From NCBI GenBank assembly GCA_905178155.1, contig CAJINV010000001.1, positions 1,474,225 to 1,538,224 of the forward strand: 64,000 nt of DNA, given 5' to 3'. The notes under the pieces are model-generated. The model did no database searches, had not been told where the DNA came from, and saw only the letters and a program-made list of their open reading frames with translations. This DNA is from Amoebophrya sp. A120 (taxonomy: Eukaryota; Protista; Dinoflagellata). Shown piece by piece: positions 35,728-50,336 of this stretch (the first letter of the stretch is position 1; each line of letters starts with the position of its first letter). A program made the translations under genes and the position numbers.

Positions 35728-36671
35728 TTCTCTGGGAATTAATTTTTTTTCATGCGGGCGCACTGGGGCCCGATCCCATTGAGATACGTACCGCACCGCC
35801 GCCGCCGCAGTGCTATTTTTGAGTTAGTGCAGACGCATCACAAACCGAGTAGCTCAGCATTCTGACTCCAACATCCCAAACTTCTTCCAGATAGCATTTT
35901 TAGAAAATGGCTCTCCTGGGGCTGTGCATGAGAAACATTTTCCAATCTTGCAATCGTGCAAGTAGACACTAGGGGGAAAAGGGAAGGAGAAACTAGTAGT
36001 CTGTAAATTTGCCAGTAAATATTGGCACTCCACAACGAGGTACTAGTGCTCACATTTTAATTTTTTCGTGATAGATGCGAGCAAATGCAACAGCAACCAA
36101 TACCAAAATCAATATGAAAGACACGACTGAACAGAGGAAATGTTCGAACCAATATGCATATATCACCCTGGTGCAACAACATGTCATGTCTTTCCTAGAG
36201 CTTTTGTCATCTGCCATACATTTCATCACTCATGTGCACTTATTTCATTTATGATCACGATGGATGCTAAGTAACAACTGCTGCTCAGACGAAAAACAAG
36301 AGCGCAACCATTTCATGCGACGAAGTTAACTTTCAGTCTTGCTTGTCCATAGTGGTGCTAGCAGCGTTTCGTGCACTGTTGTTCCACTATGGAGGAAGAC
36401 CCGGTCGGTGGAGAATTTTTTCCGCAGCTATTTATCAGTAGAAGAAACGAAAGGTAAAAAAAAGAAAAAGAAACCACGCACGACCAACAATTTTGTCAGT
36501 TGATGCAGCGGCGCATTGCGGTGCATAGTTCGCATCCTATTCTTGTCCTAGCTTAATGTGACTTCACGCATTACTTAAGTACTTAACATCATTCCTTTAT
36601 TTTGAGTGGCCCAGTAGGACCGAGTGGGATTGCGATCATTTGGGACCTTTAAACAACCTCGACAAACATAC

Positions 36672-37113
36672 ACGCCCTCTTGAACTTGATGACCATTCTT
36701 TGTCTACTCGTCTAGTACGCCAGAAGGAGATTGATTGCCTTTGATATTTTCAGTTTTACTCTTGTACAGTTGCTGTCGCGAACATTGTACAGAAAGAAGA
36801 CGAAATTGCTGACTTTAGAATCGAAAAAAGCCGCTTTGCACAGTATCATTATCAAGTGAAAACAGAGCGTGATGAAGAAGATGAATAAAAGCTAGCAGAA
36901 ATAGAAATCAGCGAGGAAAGTTGTCAACCATTCGGCAAAATTGCCGAAAGAATTTCTCTAAAAGAAAAAGCTGCTGCTTCAAATCTCACAAGAACGCACA
37001 AAAACCTACTCACTATTTCTCTACTCATGTTCCTCATCAACCTCGATGTAAAAGACCTGGCTCTGCTAGTCAGACAGATATAGATCTTATCCCGAGTTCC
37101 GCGCAAAGTGATA
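36672..37113 (+). repeat. ~450-bp dispersed intergenic repeat, copy 2
   Basis: Colinear with 27814-28267. Confidence 0.85.
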
Positions 37114-37755
37114 GAAATCATGGGAGTATTTGAAATTCGAACTGTCGCACCGGCGCCATATTCTTTGCGAATTTCTCGATATCGCCGATGAAAATGTTAT
37201 ATTTAGAAGTCCACTTTCACACAAAACAAAAATACGAAAATATCACTTTCCATTTTCTCACCACTCTCTCTTCTTATCAGCGAACAAGCAAGACCATGTG
37301 AAAACGAAAAGGAGAAGAGCTTGAGCATTTTTAGGTTACGGGCGACAAATGTAGTTGCTACAGAATTATGTGATCGCCGAAAGGAAGTCCCTACTTGTGA
37401 AAATTGTATTTGTGTCACGACCGTCACCGTCTCACTATTTTTTTTCTTTCCAGCACCACCAGATCATGTAAATTTACCGGTAGTAGACGCAGAGTATTTC
37501 TATTAAAACCGCATTTTACGTTTGGGATTCTTATTGGACGTTACTAAAATAGCGATGTTACAGGAACACGATGTCGAGATGAAGATGGCATTGACTGCAG
37601 ATTTCCAGTCGCTTCGCAAACAAAAGGCAACCCGTAGAAGTTCCTGATCCCGGGTACTTACTACTCGTCGACCTACAACTCTCTTCACGTCACGACGACG
37701 ACGACCCATATTCACTTCACGTCGCCATCGTCTCCGTCTTTTTCCCTTTGAAATC

Positions 37756-40700
37756 ATGGCGAACTGGCAAGGCAACGGCGAACAAACCTGGGGCGAGTGG
37801 GATGAGGACTGGAATGGCGACGAGTGGGACGGTATCAAGTGTAAAAATGTCTGGGTCTGGAAGAATGCGCGATTTGTCATGCTGCTTTTCCATGACCCAT
37901 GAGGTCTGGAATGCCGGAGCTAGCATGACAGATTCTGCAAGAGCTTTCTAATGCCTATCCTGCATGGGAAACTACCTCCCGACTTGGTCAAAATTGGGCG
38001 ACTTTTGGTAATCATGCAACACAGATTTTTGCATGCTGCAGATTTAGCATCACAAGTTGCATTCTTCCAGACCCAGACATTTTTACATTTGATAGACGGT
38101 GACAACGGAGAATGGCAGGAGGACGAGAACAACGGCGAGTGGATATTGTGAGGAAAAATCCCCCCTCCCCATATCGAAAAGGTACGTAGCAGAAAATTTG
38201 CAATGCTGATTTGCGACCACAAATCATCTCTGTCTTGCAAGAAGGCAACTGCACAGACAACCGCCGTATTATGCAGGCGGTTTGTGATGCTGTTGGGCCT
38301 ACAGCGCAGACGTTTCTCATGCTAAGAGCCTAGCCCAAAACCTCTCTGCTCAGGCTTGGCATGGGCCTGCAGTCCTCTCCAGCAAGACAAATCTGATTTG
38401 TGTACGCAAATCCAGCATCACAAACTTCGTTTTGATATGGGGTGGGGGGGATTTTTCATTTTGATAGTGGAATGGCGAAGTAGAGTCGTCTACCCCGGAG
38501 GAAGAGGAGAACCAGCATGTGCAGCAGAACAAAGGCAAAGGCAAGGGAAATAGGATATTAAGATTAACTCCAGCAGGTTCGCAACATAAATCGTGGTCTT
38601 CGAGTACATTTTTTCCAAACCTGCCAAGTACTGCTAGTACCAATCGCAATCTGCTTCCAGGCGAGCAATCTCGTCATGATCCTACGGTCGTGTCTACTGC
38701 TTCATCTTCCTCAAAAGGTACAAAAAACGGGACCACGACCAAAGGTGGCAACCACATGAACGGCGGCAAATGGGGCTACCACCCCTACGGATCGACGATT
38801 GCGTCGGGTAGAAACGTCGAATGGGTCAGCCCGTCCTTGCAGAAACAAGAAAAACAGAGCGTCGTCGCGAAGGAACTTCCAGTCGGGCAGGCGAGTCAGA
38901 ATCTGAACCTCAAGCCGAAGAAGAACCAGAACGCGATGATGGGGCTGGGGGAAGAAAGAACAGCTGGACCTCCTGCCAGTGCACCAGCCGCGTCGCAATT
39001 ACAGAGGACCGCCCCCGGCGCCGGTGGACATCAAGCAGTGTCTTCTTCGAGTACCTGTACCACCACAACTTCTATGACGAAAGAATCGCTTTTGGCAAAA
39101 CTCCAGGCGGCGAAAGCCAGACGAAAAATAAGCCAACAGCAGGCCGTGCAGCAGAGAAGTAATGTCAACCAAACGACGCCTTCTGCTCAACAACAGAATT
39201 ACATCAACCACAACCGCGCCTCCGCAATTTCTCCGGCAACGCTGAAGCGGAGAAAAAACGTGAAGAGAAAAACCGGACAAATTTCCAACCGATACGAGGT
39301 TGCGAACTGGGCTCCGGAACTCCCGGACTACCTCGAGGGCGAATCGAAGGTCGGCGAACTCACCTCCAAGTGCTCCCGACAGGAAGCCGAGCTGCGGACG
39401 GAGACCAAGCAGTTGTCAAAATTCGAGGTGACGAAAGGCTCAAATTCCATGTTGGAGGGGACGGCGGACTACAACCTTTGCGTGAAACAGTACCAGCGTT
39501 CCGCGGCAGAAAGAACCTACGAAGCGGAGGACTTGCGCACTTTTGACGCGCTGCACATGTCCGCGCAATTCATGTGGGAATACGTGCTAGACGCGGACGA
39601 AAACCCAAAACCGATTTTCTCCTCCCTCGCCGTCGATGCGTCGACGAAAGAAGTGTACGGGTTTTTGCGGAACCGGTGTCGCGGGATTCGCGTGGACTAC
39701 CAGACCCAGCAGCCTTTGTCCTTTTACCAACCCTCGAGCTTGCTCTTCCACGAGCAAAATCTACGTTCCGAACTGCTGTTCTTTCTCCTACTCCACCACG
39801 AGGACTCGAAGCTGGGCGAGGCGGACCTCGGGCCGTTTCTGGAGAGTGTCTCCCAGTGCGCCGACCCGCTGACGCAGATCTACCGAAAGTGGCTGGAACA
39901 GAGCGACGGCGAGATCTGCAGAAGTACCATGCCCTTCATGACCAGGCTGATGATATGCTGGCTCTGTTGGGACGCGACAAAGGTATTAGAAAGCTATATC
40001 TATCTGCAATAATTAGAATCTTCATCTTGATGCAATGATCAACGGAAGCACGACTATTTTGCAGGCGGGATCATATACCAGCAACAGAGCAAATACAATT
40101 GAGCTACTATGTGCCTACTAGTATCGGAACGCGTAGGACGAGGAGGTTACAATACAATGTCATTAACGTTGTCAATAAACACAAAAATTATATCAGGTTT
40201 GCGAATACGAGATGAAGCTGGAGGACTGCCTGTTGGAGAGCCCGCTCGTTCAGTGGGCGGTTTCCGCCGTTTATCCACTGGAAAAGTATCGTACTCGTAG
40301 TAATTGCAGCCGTGCATGACAAATCCAAGTTTCTATACGAACACGCATGACAAATTGCATTTCTCTTCGTGAGAAAATTTGTAATGCAGTTTCTACTTAC
40401 TTAGTACGTTAGTTTTGCAATGCATACCGTTTCCTCATTCCAGACCCGGGACTATTCTGGGTTCCTCCAGGAGTACTACGGGCAGGCGGATTTGCTCACC
40501 GCTGTTGCGCTCTCCCAGCCCGCGAACTACGCGCGGCTGATGGTGCTGATGCAGCTCTGCAAGTGCTTCAACGAGCGGATGTGGGAGCAGGTGTCGATCG
40601 CGAATTTGATGCGGCAATTAGTGTTGCCCGACTTTGAGAGCTGCTGCTTTTTCGTGCAGCACTTCGGCTTGGAGCTGATCTACGCGGACTTCGAGTCGGA

Positions 40701-43700
40701 ATTGGATAAAGATCTGATGGAGCAACAGCAAGAAAATACAGACAGAAATAACGCTGGTACTATCGATATGCAAGCGTTCCGTACCTTTGTCCGGTTCCCG
40801 GCGAAGGAGTCCTACAGCCCGCAGGACTGGGAGGACGAAGACGCCTACCAGCGCTGTGAGGACCGGTTCTTGAGCTATTTACTCGCGGGGAAGTTTCCCA
40901 CGCAGGGCGAGTGGAAAAACAAAATATCCTTTCCGCAGCGGCGAGACGCGCACTGCTGGCGGTTGCTCGCGGAGGCCCTGGAGCAGGGTGCGACGAGAAA
41001 GGAGATTGTGGAGGGAGTGTGGGACAAAGAAGACGTTGTCAGGGAAAAACGAGGACGAGCGGAAGAAGACGAAGAGGTTCCAATCGTCACGTCCAGAAGG
41101 TCGTCCCGACAAGAGCACGAGAGTAGTCAACACCTCGCGCTGGCCGCTTCGCTGCGCAGTTCGCCGATCGTGGTGCCAGCAGGTAGTTCACTAGCGCAGC
41201 AACGGACGATGTCTATTCTGTCGGGCGGGATGAATCAACCGGTTGCAGCGGCGTCCTCAAGGAACCTCGACGACGAAGACAGTGAGAGCAGCAGCAGCAG
41301 CAGCAGTGCGCCTTCCACACCGGCTGAAGACGAAGATCATGGAAGACAGTCTTCAGTTGTCCAGCGGACCTCCTCCCGTGCCGGAGTGGCGGACGACGCC
41401 ATGAGCGTACCCTCTGTGGACGAGGACGAGGAAAACGATAGACCGAAAGAAACCAAACCGGCTCCGTTTGAGTTCCCAACAGTAGCACCAGGTAGTTCAA
41501 CATCCGCTGCGGGTGGACCACAGGGTAGTAGTGCTCTAGCGACGTCGAGCGGTACAGGATTGGCGGCAAGTGGGCTCTTCGGCCAGGCGAGTTGGAGTTC
41601 GTCTTCAAGCACTAACATCTTTGGTACAGCGACCTCATCATCAACGAACATCTTCGCGGCTCCGGCAGCAGCTTCTTCTGCAACCCAAGCCGCGGACGCG
41701 AGCGAGCAGGGCGAGAAGAAGCCACCACAAGTCGTCAATAACCCCTTCGCAAAAATGTTTGTCCAGCAGCAGCAATTTAGTTCCAACTTGTTCCAGCCCG
41801 GCGCGACCAACCCGTCGCCCTTCCTGCCCCAAACGACCAGCAGCCCCTTCGGCGCTGCAAACAATCCCAGTCCTTTTGGCGCTCCTGCTGCACCATTTGG
41901 TCAGCAACAGCCGCCGGCGTTCGCCACCACAAAAAAGCAGAGAACTACGAAGAAGCGCAAACTCGCGGACCTCCCGGAAGCCACTTGGCAGCGACTCTCC
42001 GAGATGGCGGCGAAGCACGACGTGGAGAGACGGAGGACGTGCTTTTTGAATTGGAAGAGCCTCTTTATGGAGAAGAAGAAAAGACTCGGCACCCACGAGC
42101 ACCAGAAGTTTCAGGGGTTAAAACTTCTCCTTCCGGGAAGTGGGCGCAAGATGAACAAACCCAATAATTTCATCGCGAATTCATCGAATTCTTGGAAGCG
42201 ACGGCGAGGGATCGACGACCAGGTGGCGCAGTTCTACGGACGGCAGTTGGAAAAGACGACGCCGGGGATTGGGGCGATTGGTGGGCTGTTGCTGCGGTCG
42301 CAGTTGGATCGTGTGGAAAAACTGTTGCCCATGGGGACAACGTTGAGGTACTGTCTCGACACGTTCGCTATCAAATGTAAAAATGTCTGGGTCTGGAAGA
42401 TTGCCAGGTTTGTCATGCACATTTTGCATGACTCCTGACGTCTGTGATGCATGCCCTAGCATCACAGATTTTGTGAGGGCCTCCTGATGCCTATACAGCA
42501 TGACAAATGCTCTTTCCGTGTAGCAAAACTGGGACTGTCTTTGCTGCTCATGCAATACAGATTTTTTTAGAATCCAAAATCAGCATGACAAGTTGGATTC
42601 TTCCAGACCCAGACATTTTTACAGTTGATATTCGCAAGCGCGGACACAAACTCGGCCGCCGCGGTGGAAGCAGCAGCTGCATACGGTGCTGTTCAGCATC
42701 ATCCTTCGTTCAACGAAATGGGGCAAGCGCAGCTGCAGATTCAAGATCAAGACCAGCAGCAGCAACTCTTGATGCTCCAAGATGTTGACCAGCAATACCA
42801 CCACCAGCAGGTAAGAAAAACAATACCGCAGCAGCAACCTCCGTCCTCCACCCCATCCCACGAAAATAACGGTTCTCTCCTGTCCTCCCCCGGTGCGGCA
42901 AGCTCCGCGAAGCGAAGAGTTGGGTCGCCGTACTCCGAGAGGAGAAAGATGACGCAGATGTCCTACATGGACCAGAACCTGCTTCCTGCGATGGTGCAAC
43001 AAAGTCACCTTGTTCAACACCAGCAGCCAGATTTTTATCAGCAGCAGCTTCAGCACCAAACCCAGAATGGAGAACAGCAACAGGCAGCACTGCCACTTCA
43101 TCGCCTCCCCCCGAAGTTTTCAGTCCCGCTGCCCCCCGGAGAGGCGAATTGTATCACCCACCGTAGATTCGTGCTTTGCATTCCCAACGACGCCGAGCAC
43201 TACGTGATCAGCAATAGCATGCGGACCGCCTTGGCAGATGCGGGCAATTTGAACAACCGCGTAAATAGCCACAATGCTGGTGCGAACCTGTCCGACACGC
43301 TCTCCGTGCCTTCCAGCGCGGAAGGGCAAGGCGCGTCGAAGTACCTAGCGGATGTATTCTACCGCCACGCGAAACTCCACCGCCGCGCGAGCGCGATCCT
43401 GTTGCGGAAAAAGCACGTCGATCTGGCGGAAGAGCAGGAAAGACTGGGTTTTTCCGCCGCATTTCTCCAGCAACAGCAGCGCACTAGCAATGAAGCCCCC
43501 TTCTATTCGGAGAACCACCTCGGGAAGTGCGACAGTTTGGGCTATGTGTTGTCCGAGGCCTTGGACCCCGCACAGATACTTCTGTTAGAATCGTTACCGC
43601 CCATTCCCCTGCACATCTGCCAGAAACTGGCGGATTTGTACACATGCACGGAAGCGAAGTCTGTTCGGGTCTTCTACGTCTTGTCCGCTGCTAACGTGCC

Positions 43701-45738
43701 GGATTTAATCCAGAACGACTACCTGCACCACGACTTTGACGACTATCAGATAGAGAAGCAGATTTTCGGTAGTTCTACGGCGAACAACCGCCCTTCCAAA
43801 GACGCGGACATGCGAACCTCGACCGGAAGTAGTGCTGCTGCTGCCAGGGGTCGTGCGGCTGTCTCAATTCGTGCAGCTGCAGGTGGTCCCTACAATTCGA
43901 ATCATTCCGGCAACAATTTTATCAGCGACCTGACCGCCTTTTCCTCGTCGAAGAGCAATATGGAAGAAGCGCTGGAACACAACGAGCGGATCGTGAAGCT
44001 GATCAACTACCGACTCAAGGAAAGTTTGAAACAAGGGCTGCAGAAACTAGAGGAACAGCAAGGAATATTCCGGTCTGGCGAGAATTTCTGGCCCGCAGAA
44101 AAATCGCCGTCCTCTGCATCATCTAGAGGGATAACGGGTTCTTGTTCGGGCGGTGGAAATCATGCTGCGTCTTTATCTAAGAGGAAACTGACCCTGTGTG
44201 AGCAACTGGAGCAAAACGCGGATTTTCTCGACGTGGCCTGCTGCGGAATTTTGGAAAAGGGCGCGACGCAAGCAAACATCGCTGCCGACGCGATCGCGCA
44301 CGCGGTGTTCGCTGACGACGCAGTTCATGTGAATGGTGCTGGGACAACAACTACAGCAGCGCAACAAGTAGGACCTTCCGGCGACAACTACAGCGTGATA
44401 AGTCGGGAAGAGGGCGAGAGCCACCCAGGTTCGTCCATTTCCGAGCAGCAGTTGCTAGATGCGGACAACGGAGATGATTGTTCTTCACAGCAATTATTTT
44501 CCTTGCAGCAAGCGACAAAGAGCAGTGCGGTGTTTCTGCAGCGAGGGCGACAAGAAGGAGAACCCGCTGATCATGCACCTCCTATGCAAATTCGCAGACA
44601 AAATGAGATCAAAGCACCCCACCGAAGACATCACCAGAAATCCCCCTACCACAAGACCCCGGAACTGCGCACCGTCGCGATCCGGACCTGGTTGATCCAG
44701 AGGTTTCAGCAGCTCTTCTTCCTCAGCTCGCCCCGGCAGCACGACGGTGTAAACGCGTTTGACGTCTCCGGGTGCCTGTTTTTCCCCTACGAGAAGGCGT
44801 TCGTGAAGAAAACGTGGAGCAACACCTTGCAGCAGGTCTGGATGGAAGTGAACCGCATGGCCCAGAACCAGAAAAACGCGCCTTTTGAATTTGGGAAGGT
44901 GGACGGAGTGAGCTTGGATAGGACCATAACCCAGTTGACGAGAATATTCAACCAGAAATCCGTGCACGATCTGTTCGACGAGGAGATGGGTTGTAGGGAT
45001 GATGAACTCCGGGGGTCTTTGTCAACATCTCCAGCGTTCGGGCTACCAGCGGATTTGCGTCAGTATCTCTTATCACGCGCCGGCGGCGGCCACCAGCACC
45101 CAGGTGGTGCGCACCAGCAACTGCATAGGAACCAGATCGGGAATTCGGGCGATTTAGCTGCGTCGATGGTGCCCCCGCCAATGCAGGAGATGCGACTAGG
45201 TCTAGGATCAAGGGGTTTTGGACAAGCCCCACAACCACAACCGGGCAACCGGTCCGTGACAATTGGGGTGGACGTCACAACGCTGTTTCAAGAACAAAAC
45301 CTCCTTTCTTCTGCGGCTTCGAACAAGCGACCAGCACATCAGGAACCTGCACGACCTTCGCCGACGCTGCAACATACCATACAGCATTGGGACCAGATCG
45401 ACTTTTGCGACCCGAGCAGTGCGCCGGAATCCTGGTGGAATTTCGCGATCAAGAAGATTGAGCACTGCATCTCGGAGTTCCGCGTTATCACGTTCTGCGA
45501 GGATAATTTGATCAGCGAGACCTATTGGGACCAGAAGGCCATGGCACGGAACAAATCGACCCGGAACGAGTTTCTGTTGCGATTACAAGAGCGGGAGCCG
45601 CGGACGTTCGGGCGGAGTGATATCAGTCTCCGGCCGGTGGACGCGTTGTTGCGGGCAATTGACGAGGACATGGAGTTCATGAACAATCGGCGCGCCTCGA
45701 AAAAAGCGAAAGTGGATGACGTCCTGAAGAAGCGGTGA
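37756..45738 (+). CDS. SAC3/GANP family (TREX-2 mRNA export) protein with an FG-like region and a long C-terminus
   Basis: Motifs LCVKQYQRSAA, EDLRTFDAL, VYGFLRNRCRGIRVDY, SPLVQWAV..DYSGFL and SPFG repeats. In frame after removing 4 elements and the GT-AG intron 39983-40196. Confidence 0.8.
37833..38094. mobile_element. Introner family A (reverse)
   Basis: Family A TIRs; DR gacgg. Confidence 0.92.
38144..38466. mobile_element. Introner family C (reverse)
   Basis: Family C TIRs; DR gtgga. Confidence 0.92.
40272..40426. mobile_element. Introner family E
   Basis: aaaagtatcgtactcgta start; DR ccgtt; AV|SSFQ in frame. Confidence 0.88.
42369..42630. mobile_element. Introner family A (reverse)
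   Basis: Family A TIRs; DR ttcgc; joins the 40420 and 42625 ORFs in frame. Confidence 0.93.
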
Positions 45739-48405
45739 TGACTTTTGATGACCAGGACGAAAACGAACCCTTGTAGCGGCGAACAAGTAGAAAAGCGACG
45801 ACTTCAGGAAGAAAATGCGGATTACTTCACTTGTTCTGCCATCCTGACGGAGGATCATGTTGCGTTGAGTGTGTTGAGACGAGTTCACCTGCACTCGTCC
45901 CCACTGCCAGTCAGGACAATCTTCCGTTCAAGCGTCTGTGGGAGCAGCACGACCGGAACAACCACGAAGAGTTGTGACTACACGACCAACATGAAACAAG
46001 TGAGTCGGAGCCTTTTGCTTTTGCTCCCAAGTGACTTCGAGGTTGCGATAACAAAGCGACCACCCACCCAGCGAACTCGAATTCTTCGATTGTTGAAGTT
46101 TGAAAATGAAAAATAACACCAAAAGGCACAACGACGGCGGCGTTGCGATCAAGTTAGTGGAAGAAAAGCTGACACTGTTCTTCTCTTCGTACTACTACAC
46201 CCAGATCCTGATCTACCCCTGGTTCCGTTCTTTGCCTGTGCGCATGGAAAAACGTGCAGGACGAGAGGTGCGGAAAGAATCAGAAGCGCGGCACTAGGGT
46301 ACTATTCGTATTCCAGCGAAGTCGGCCTCGGCGGGTAGCATCCGGTGCAGCGCTAATTCCGCTTTTTCCCGGTGGTATTGGCATCCGGAAGAAGCGAAGA
46401 TCTAGATCTGCGCAAGCGCTGCTGCCGTGGTAGGTCCACGTGGGTTCTATTGCGGGTAAGATGCCTTTGTTCGCGGTAGACCCAACTACTCTGCAACCGT
46501 CCTCTGCGCTTTCAGAGTTGTCGCAGAAGGACGATCACCCACACAAAGTCCACTGGCCTGCAGTTGGTGCCGATCTGGATTATAGCTCCAGTGGGCAAGA
46601 CAGCGCCCGTGGCGCGGCGCCGCAGAAGAGTCAGTCTTGGTCTGCACATGCGGTGCTGGTCGTGTCGGATGTACGGCTGGCACAGTAGACGCAGTCTCTC
46701 TTCGGCCTGCCGTTGGGAAGAAGTGAATCCGTTTCAACTTCGCGAGCCTGGTGTCAACACGATTTTGACGCAACTGCCTGGTCGTGTCAATTCTGCTCGG
46801 AGCAGCGGCTCAGAAAACTGAAGTTCCTGTTTTCACCATGTGGTTCGCCAGTGTGGCCGCTGTTCTACCAAGGCCAGAACTTCTGATGCTGCGACGACCG
46901 GTGATCTTGCGATGGCCCCGGCTTGGAAGGTTCCAGGATGTCGAGAGAGGCTCTAGGAAGGGTCTTCCGCGAGGAAATTCAATTCCGTCACTCCGCCTCT
47001 CCTGCACGACTTGGACACCTCGCGTCGCCCTGCGTCTTCACCTGCGGAAGCTGGTGTTGAACTACTTCACTTTCATCATCACCCCGGACCGAAATCCAAC
47101 AGTCTGAGAACATCACGTCTTCAGAAGAGGCGCCAACAAGAACTCATTCTTCTGCGCTGCACTTGATGAAGATGATGACAGACTGACTCGAGGGACAGAA
47201 GTGCTCGTTCTACTTTTCTCTTCTCCTGAGTAGAGTAGATTCGAACGTAGAATCAAAACAGCGACCACATGTACTTGTTGTACCAGTTCTACTTCGGAGA
47301 AGACGCGGTCGTGCACCTTGTGCAGCTTCGTCCGCTCTACCTCTGCCCTTCCTCGAGGCCGCTGGTTTCACCAGACTAGCAGTCCCTCTCCTGGCTGCTT
47401 CTACCATGTGGAGTGCCACGACCTGCTACCGTGCCGGGGGCGACGAGGCTACCACGGCTTCCAAAGATCTTCTAGAATAGAAAAGCATGACCATCGTCTA
47501 GTAAACTTGTATTTTGATGAAGTTGATGTCCTTGTCGGTTCGTGAGCATTGTGCAACAAGAATCGGTTGAAAATTTGTATTCCAAGAATGAATCGCCTGC
47601 AGTATCGTATCGCTGCAGAAATGAATCGGTTGGATTTGTATGTGTTGTTTCATTTGAATATGTTATGCATGATCTGCTTCAGTAGTTTCTAAGTATGTAA
47701 AGCGCGTTGCGAAATATAGAAGTTGTACTCCGTCTGTTGATTGTGGCTTCGTGATCCCCGTTCCGCCGACCCGTCGATCCAGTAGCAGTATCAACCAAGA
47801 TCAAAGAAAATAGAAAAAGCATGCACAGACCTGGCAAAAAGAAAAAATGGTCAGCTTTCGATATGAACAAAAGCAATGACAATCCGTAAAAAAAAGAAAT
47901 GTATCATGTATGCTATGTAGATATCAAACGTCGAAAGAACTACAATGGGCGACAAGCTCAAGCCTTTTCAAGGCCTCTGTCGACGGTGGGCAGAGGTAGA
48001 CTTTGTCCCACGGTGGATGAAGAAACCTTTCCAGAAATTTGATGTTCACTGACCACGACGGAGAGGCCCCAGAAAGGAGAGTGCGTTGCCGAAAAACAAA
48101 AATTGAAAAAGCACAGAATCATCAGCTCCTTTGCTGCTCCTGCTCGCACAAGCTCAGAAAACTCAGTGCGAACGTCGAGCAAACTCAAACGAGGGAAAAG
48201 AGTTGCGTTTTCAAAAAACAGTACTTCCCTGGCATTGAGGGAAAAGGAAGTACAGTAGGCCGGACGAATCGTGCCTGTTGTATGCACGAGTTACCACGAT
48301 GAGCCTCAGAGTTGGTGTCCGAGTGAATATCGGTTTTGAATAGTTAACTAGAGAAAGGATGCAATAGTACTCATCTTACGTTTCATCTTTTGTTGCTTCT
48401 TCTAG

Positions 48406-49293
48406 ATGACTGCACGACTGACGTGCAGCCCGGTTCTACCGTGCCTGAAGAAGATGAGCGCGATTACCTAGTAGCCGATGAAGAGAAACTAAATAAAAAC
48501 AAGATGACAAAAGTCCCGATTCTTATCGAGAGCAAGTACAGCGGGTACGGCATCCTCTGGGCCGGGACCGGGATTGCCGTCGGCGCGATTCTTCTGCTCG
48601 TGACTTTGTCGCTCTGGTGCTACTACTCGAAGATGTACAAGGTACTCCCCGGGTGGGGCCCGATCGTCCGCTTTGATAACCAGTTGACCGAAGAAGCAAG
48701 ATACCGCCAGGAGGTCTTCAAAAGCGCCCGAGAGCAGGCGGGATTTAGCAGGGTATGAGCATTGTGTTTTAGTTTTGGTTTCGGCATGCAAGACTAGCAT
48801 AATTATGCGCTTCCCGTTCCCTGAGCTCGGTCGGCTTCGGCATCAGATACTTACTACAGCTGACGCTACTAGGTAGCTTCGCAATCGCAAGTTTCTGCCT
48901 TCGCAACATCAATCGATCAAAAAAACAGCCCGCAGAGGGCATTTGGCGGAAGCAGCCCGGTACACTAGTGGAGCACCCGGTCTACGGCGCGATCATATCC
49001 TGTGCAAAAGTATCGTACTCGTACTAATTGCTGATATGCATGACAAATCTTCGTCCTAAGGTAAAACAGCGTCACAAATTGCATTTCTCTTCTTGCCAAA
49101 ATTTGTAATGCAATTTATACTACTAGTGCGATACTTTTGCAATGCATAGATCACCATGCACGGTAACTTCAACGCCCTGAAAGAAGAACGGAGGAAAGAC
49201 CCATTCGCACCGAAAGACGAACAGCACGAGGGCAGGGAAGCTCTAATTGAAGACCCTGCGTCACTGTTTAATCATAAGCTGGTGGCTGTGTGA
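48406..49293 (+). CDS. Hypothetical single-pass membrane protein (3' exons; 5' end unresolved)
   Basis: TM segment GILWAGTGIAVGAILLLVTLSLWCYY. A GT-AG intron at about 48753-48928 plus the family E element give a continuous frame to TGA at 49293. Confidence 0.6.
48996..49148. mobile_element. Introner family E
   Basis: Family E TIRs; DR gatca. Confidence 0.9.
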
Positions 49294-50336
49294 GGGAGGG
49301 CATTTGGTCGCAGTATACATAGTGCGTAGGCCACAGTTTCAGAATTATGATACTCAAGAGTGCTGCTCCTTTAGCTCTTGGTGTTGTTTTTTCCTGTGAA
49401 CAGCACGTGCTACTTCGCGGTGCAAAGCACAACAGCACCACTGAATCCATGGAAACGCTGTGAAGCACGTCGACATCTTATTCACATTCCGAATGTGACA
49501 TTCGGGTCTATGTCTAAGTTGTACTGACACGAAACTGTATTGCTCTGCGTTTCCACCAGAGACGGCCGCGGCCTCGGTCCGGCAAGATCAAGATCATAGT
49601 TGTTCTACCTAGTACCAAATCTTGAAGGTCAAGATTTCGAAGCTTTTGCGACTGTGTGCAAAGCTGCGGGTCAGATACTGTGCTGTGTGAGTGTGTGGTG
49701 ATGGTGATGAAGTTGACACGAACTGAAGTGCTGGGGTCTGCGTTCTTGCGGCGATAGATCCAAGAAACACAAACAAGATCATCTGCCGCGTTCCCGTTCC
49801 GTTGTGGTTGCCTCAGAGGTCTTACTTTATGTCTGTGATTCGGATCATGATCACGAAGATCAAGATGTTGAGCAGGAGCAAGTAGATCCGGACCCGACAG
49901 AAGATCCACGTTCAGAAGATGGACAAGATCCGCCATCTGCCCCTAGAATCATATTGCAGTTCATACTCCCTGGAGCAGGCCAGTTGTTGTATGCATGTCC
50001 TCGTGGTGCGCTGCTCCCTCGTTTGAAAATTGAAAAAGCAAAAACTCGGAGTTTCGGATACGATTTTCGATTCATTTACTGAGCATGTGCTGTCAACGAC
50101 ATCTCAGAGTCAGACCATCAACCAGAAAGAAGGAGACGCGTTTTTACATGCATTTTTCTCGGGGGAAGGACGATGACATGTTCGTCTGTTCGTTGTTTGA
50201 TGTACATGTTACCAGTAGTTAGAAAATACAATTAAAACGTGCAACGTCGGGGTCGGATAGAATTAAAGATCTTGAGACATAATCTATCAATCTATCAATT
50301 TCAATACAAGTCAAGGCGAACAAGGGACATTTCTCC

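Noticed and set aside
5978-42630. Recurring peptides in the ORF track ([37 protein letters not shown]) as a protein repeat family
   Set aside because: They are six-frame translations of the family A TIR, not real protein.
3435-45738. Genes as transposon-disrupted pseudogenes
   Set aside because: Frames and catalytic motifs are restored exactly on removing element plus one DR, with no other lesions seen.
45745-48300. Additional genes or a retroelement relic
   Set aside because: Only short ORFs with no recognisable motif or consistent splice path; upstream exons of the 48.4-kb gene may lie here but could not be resolved.
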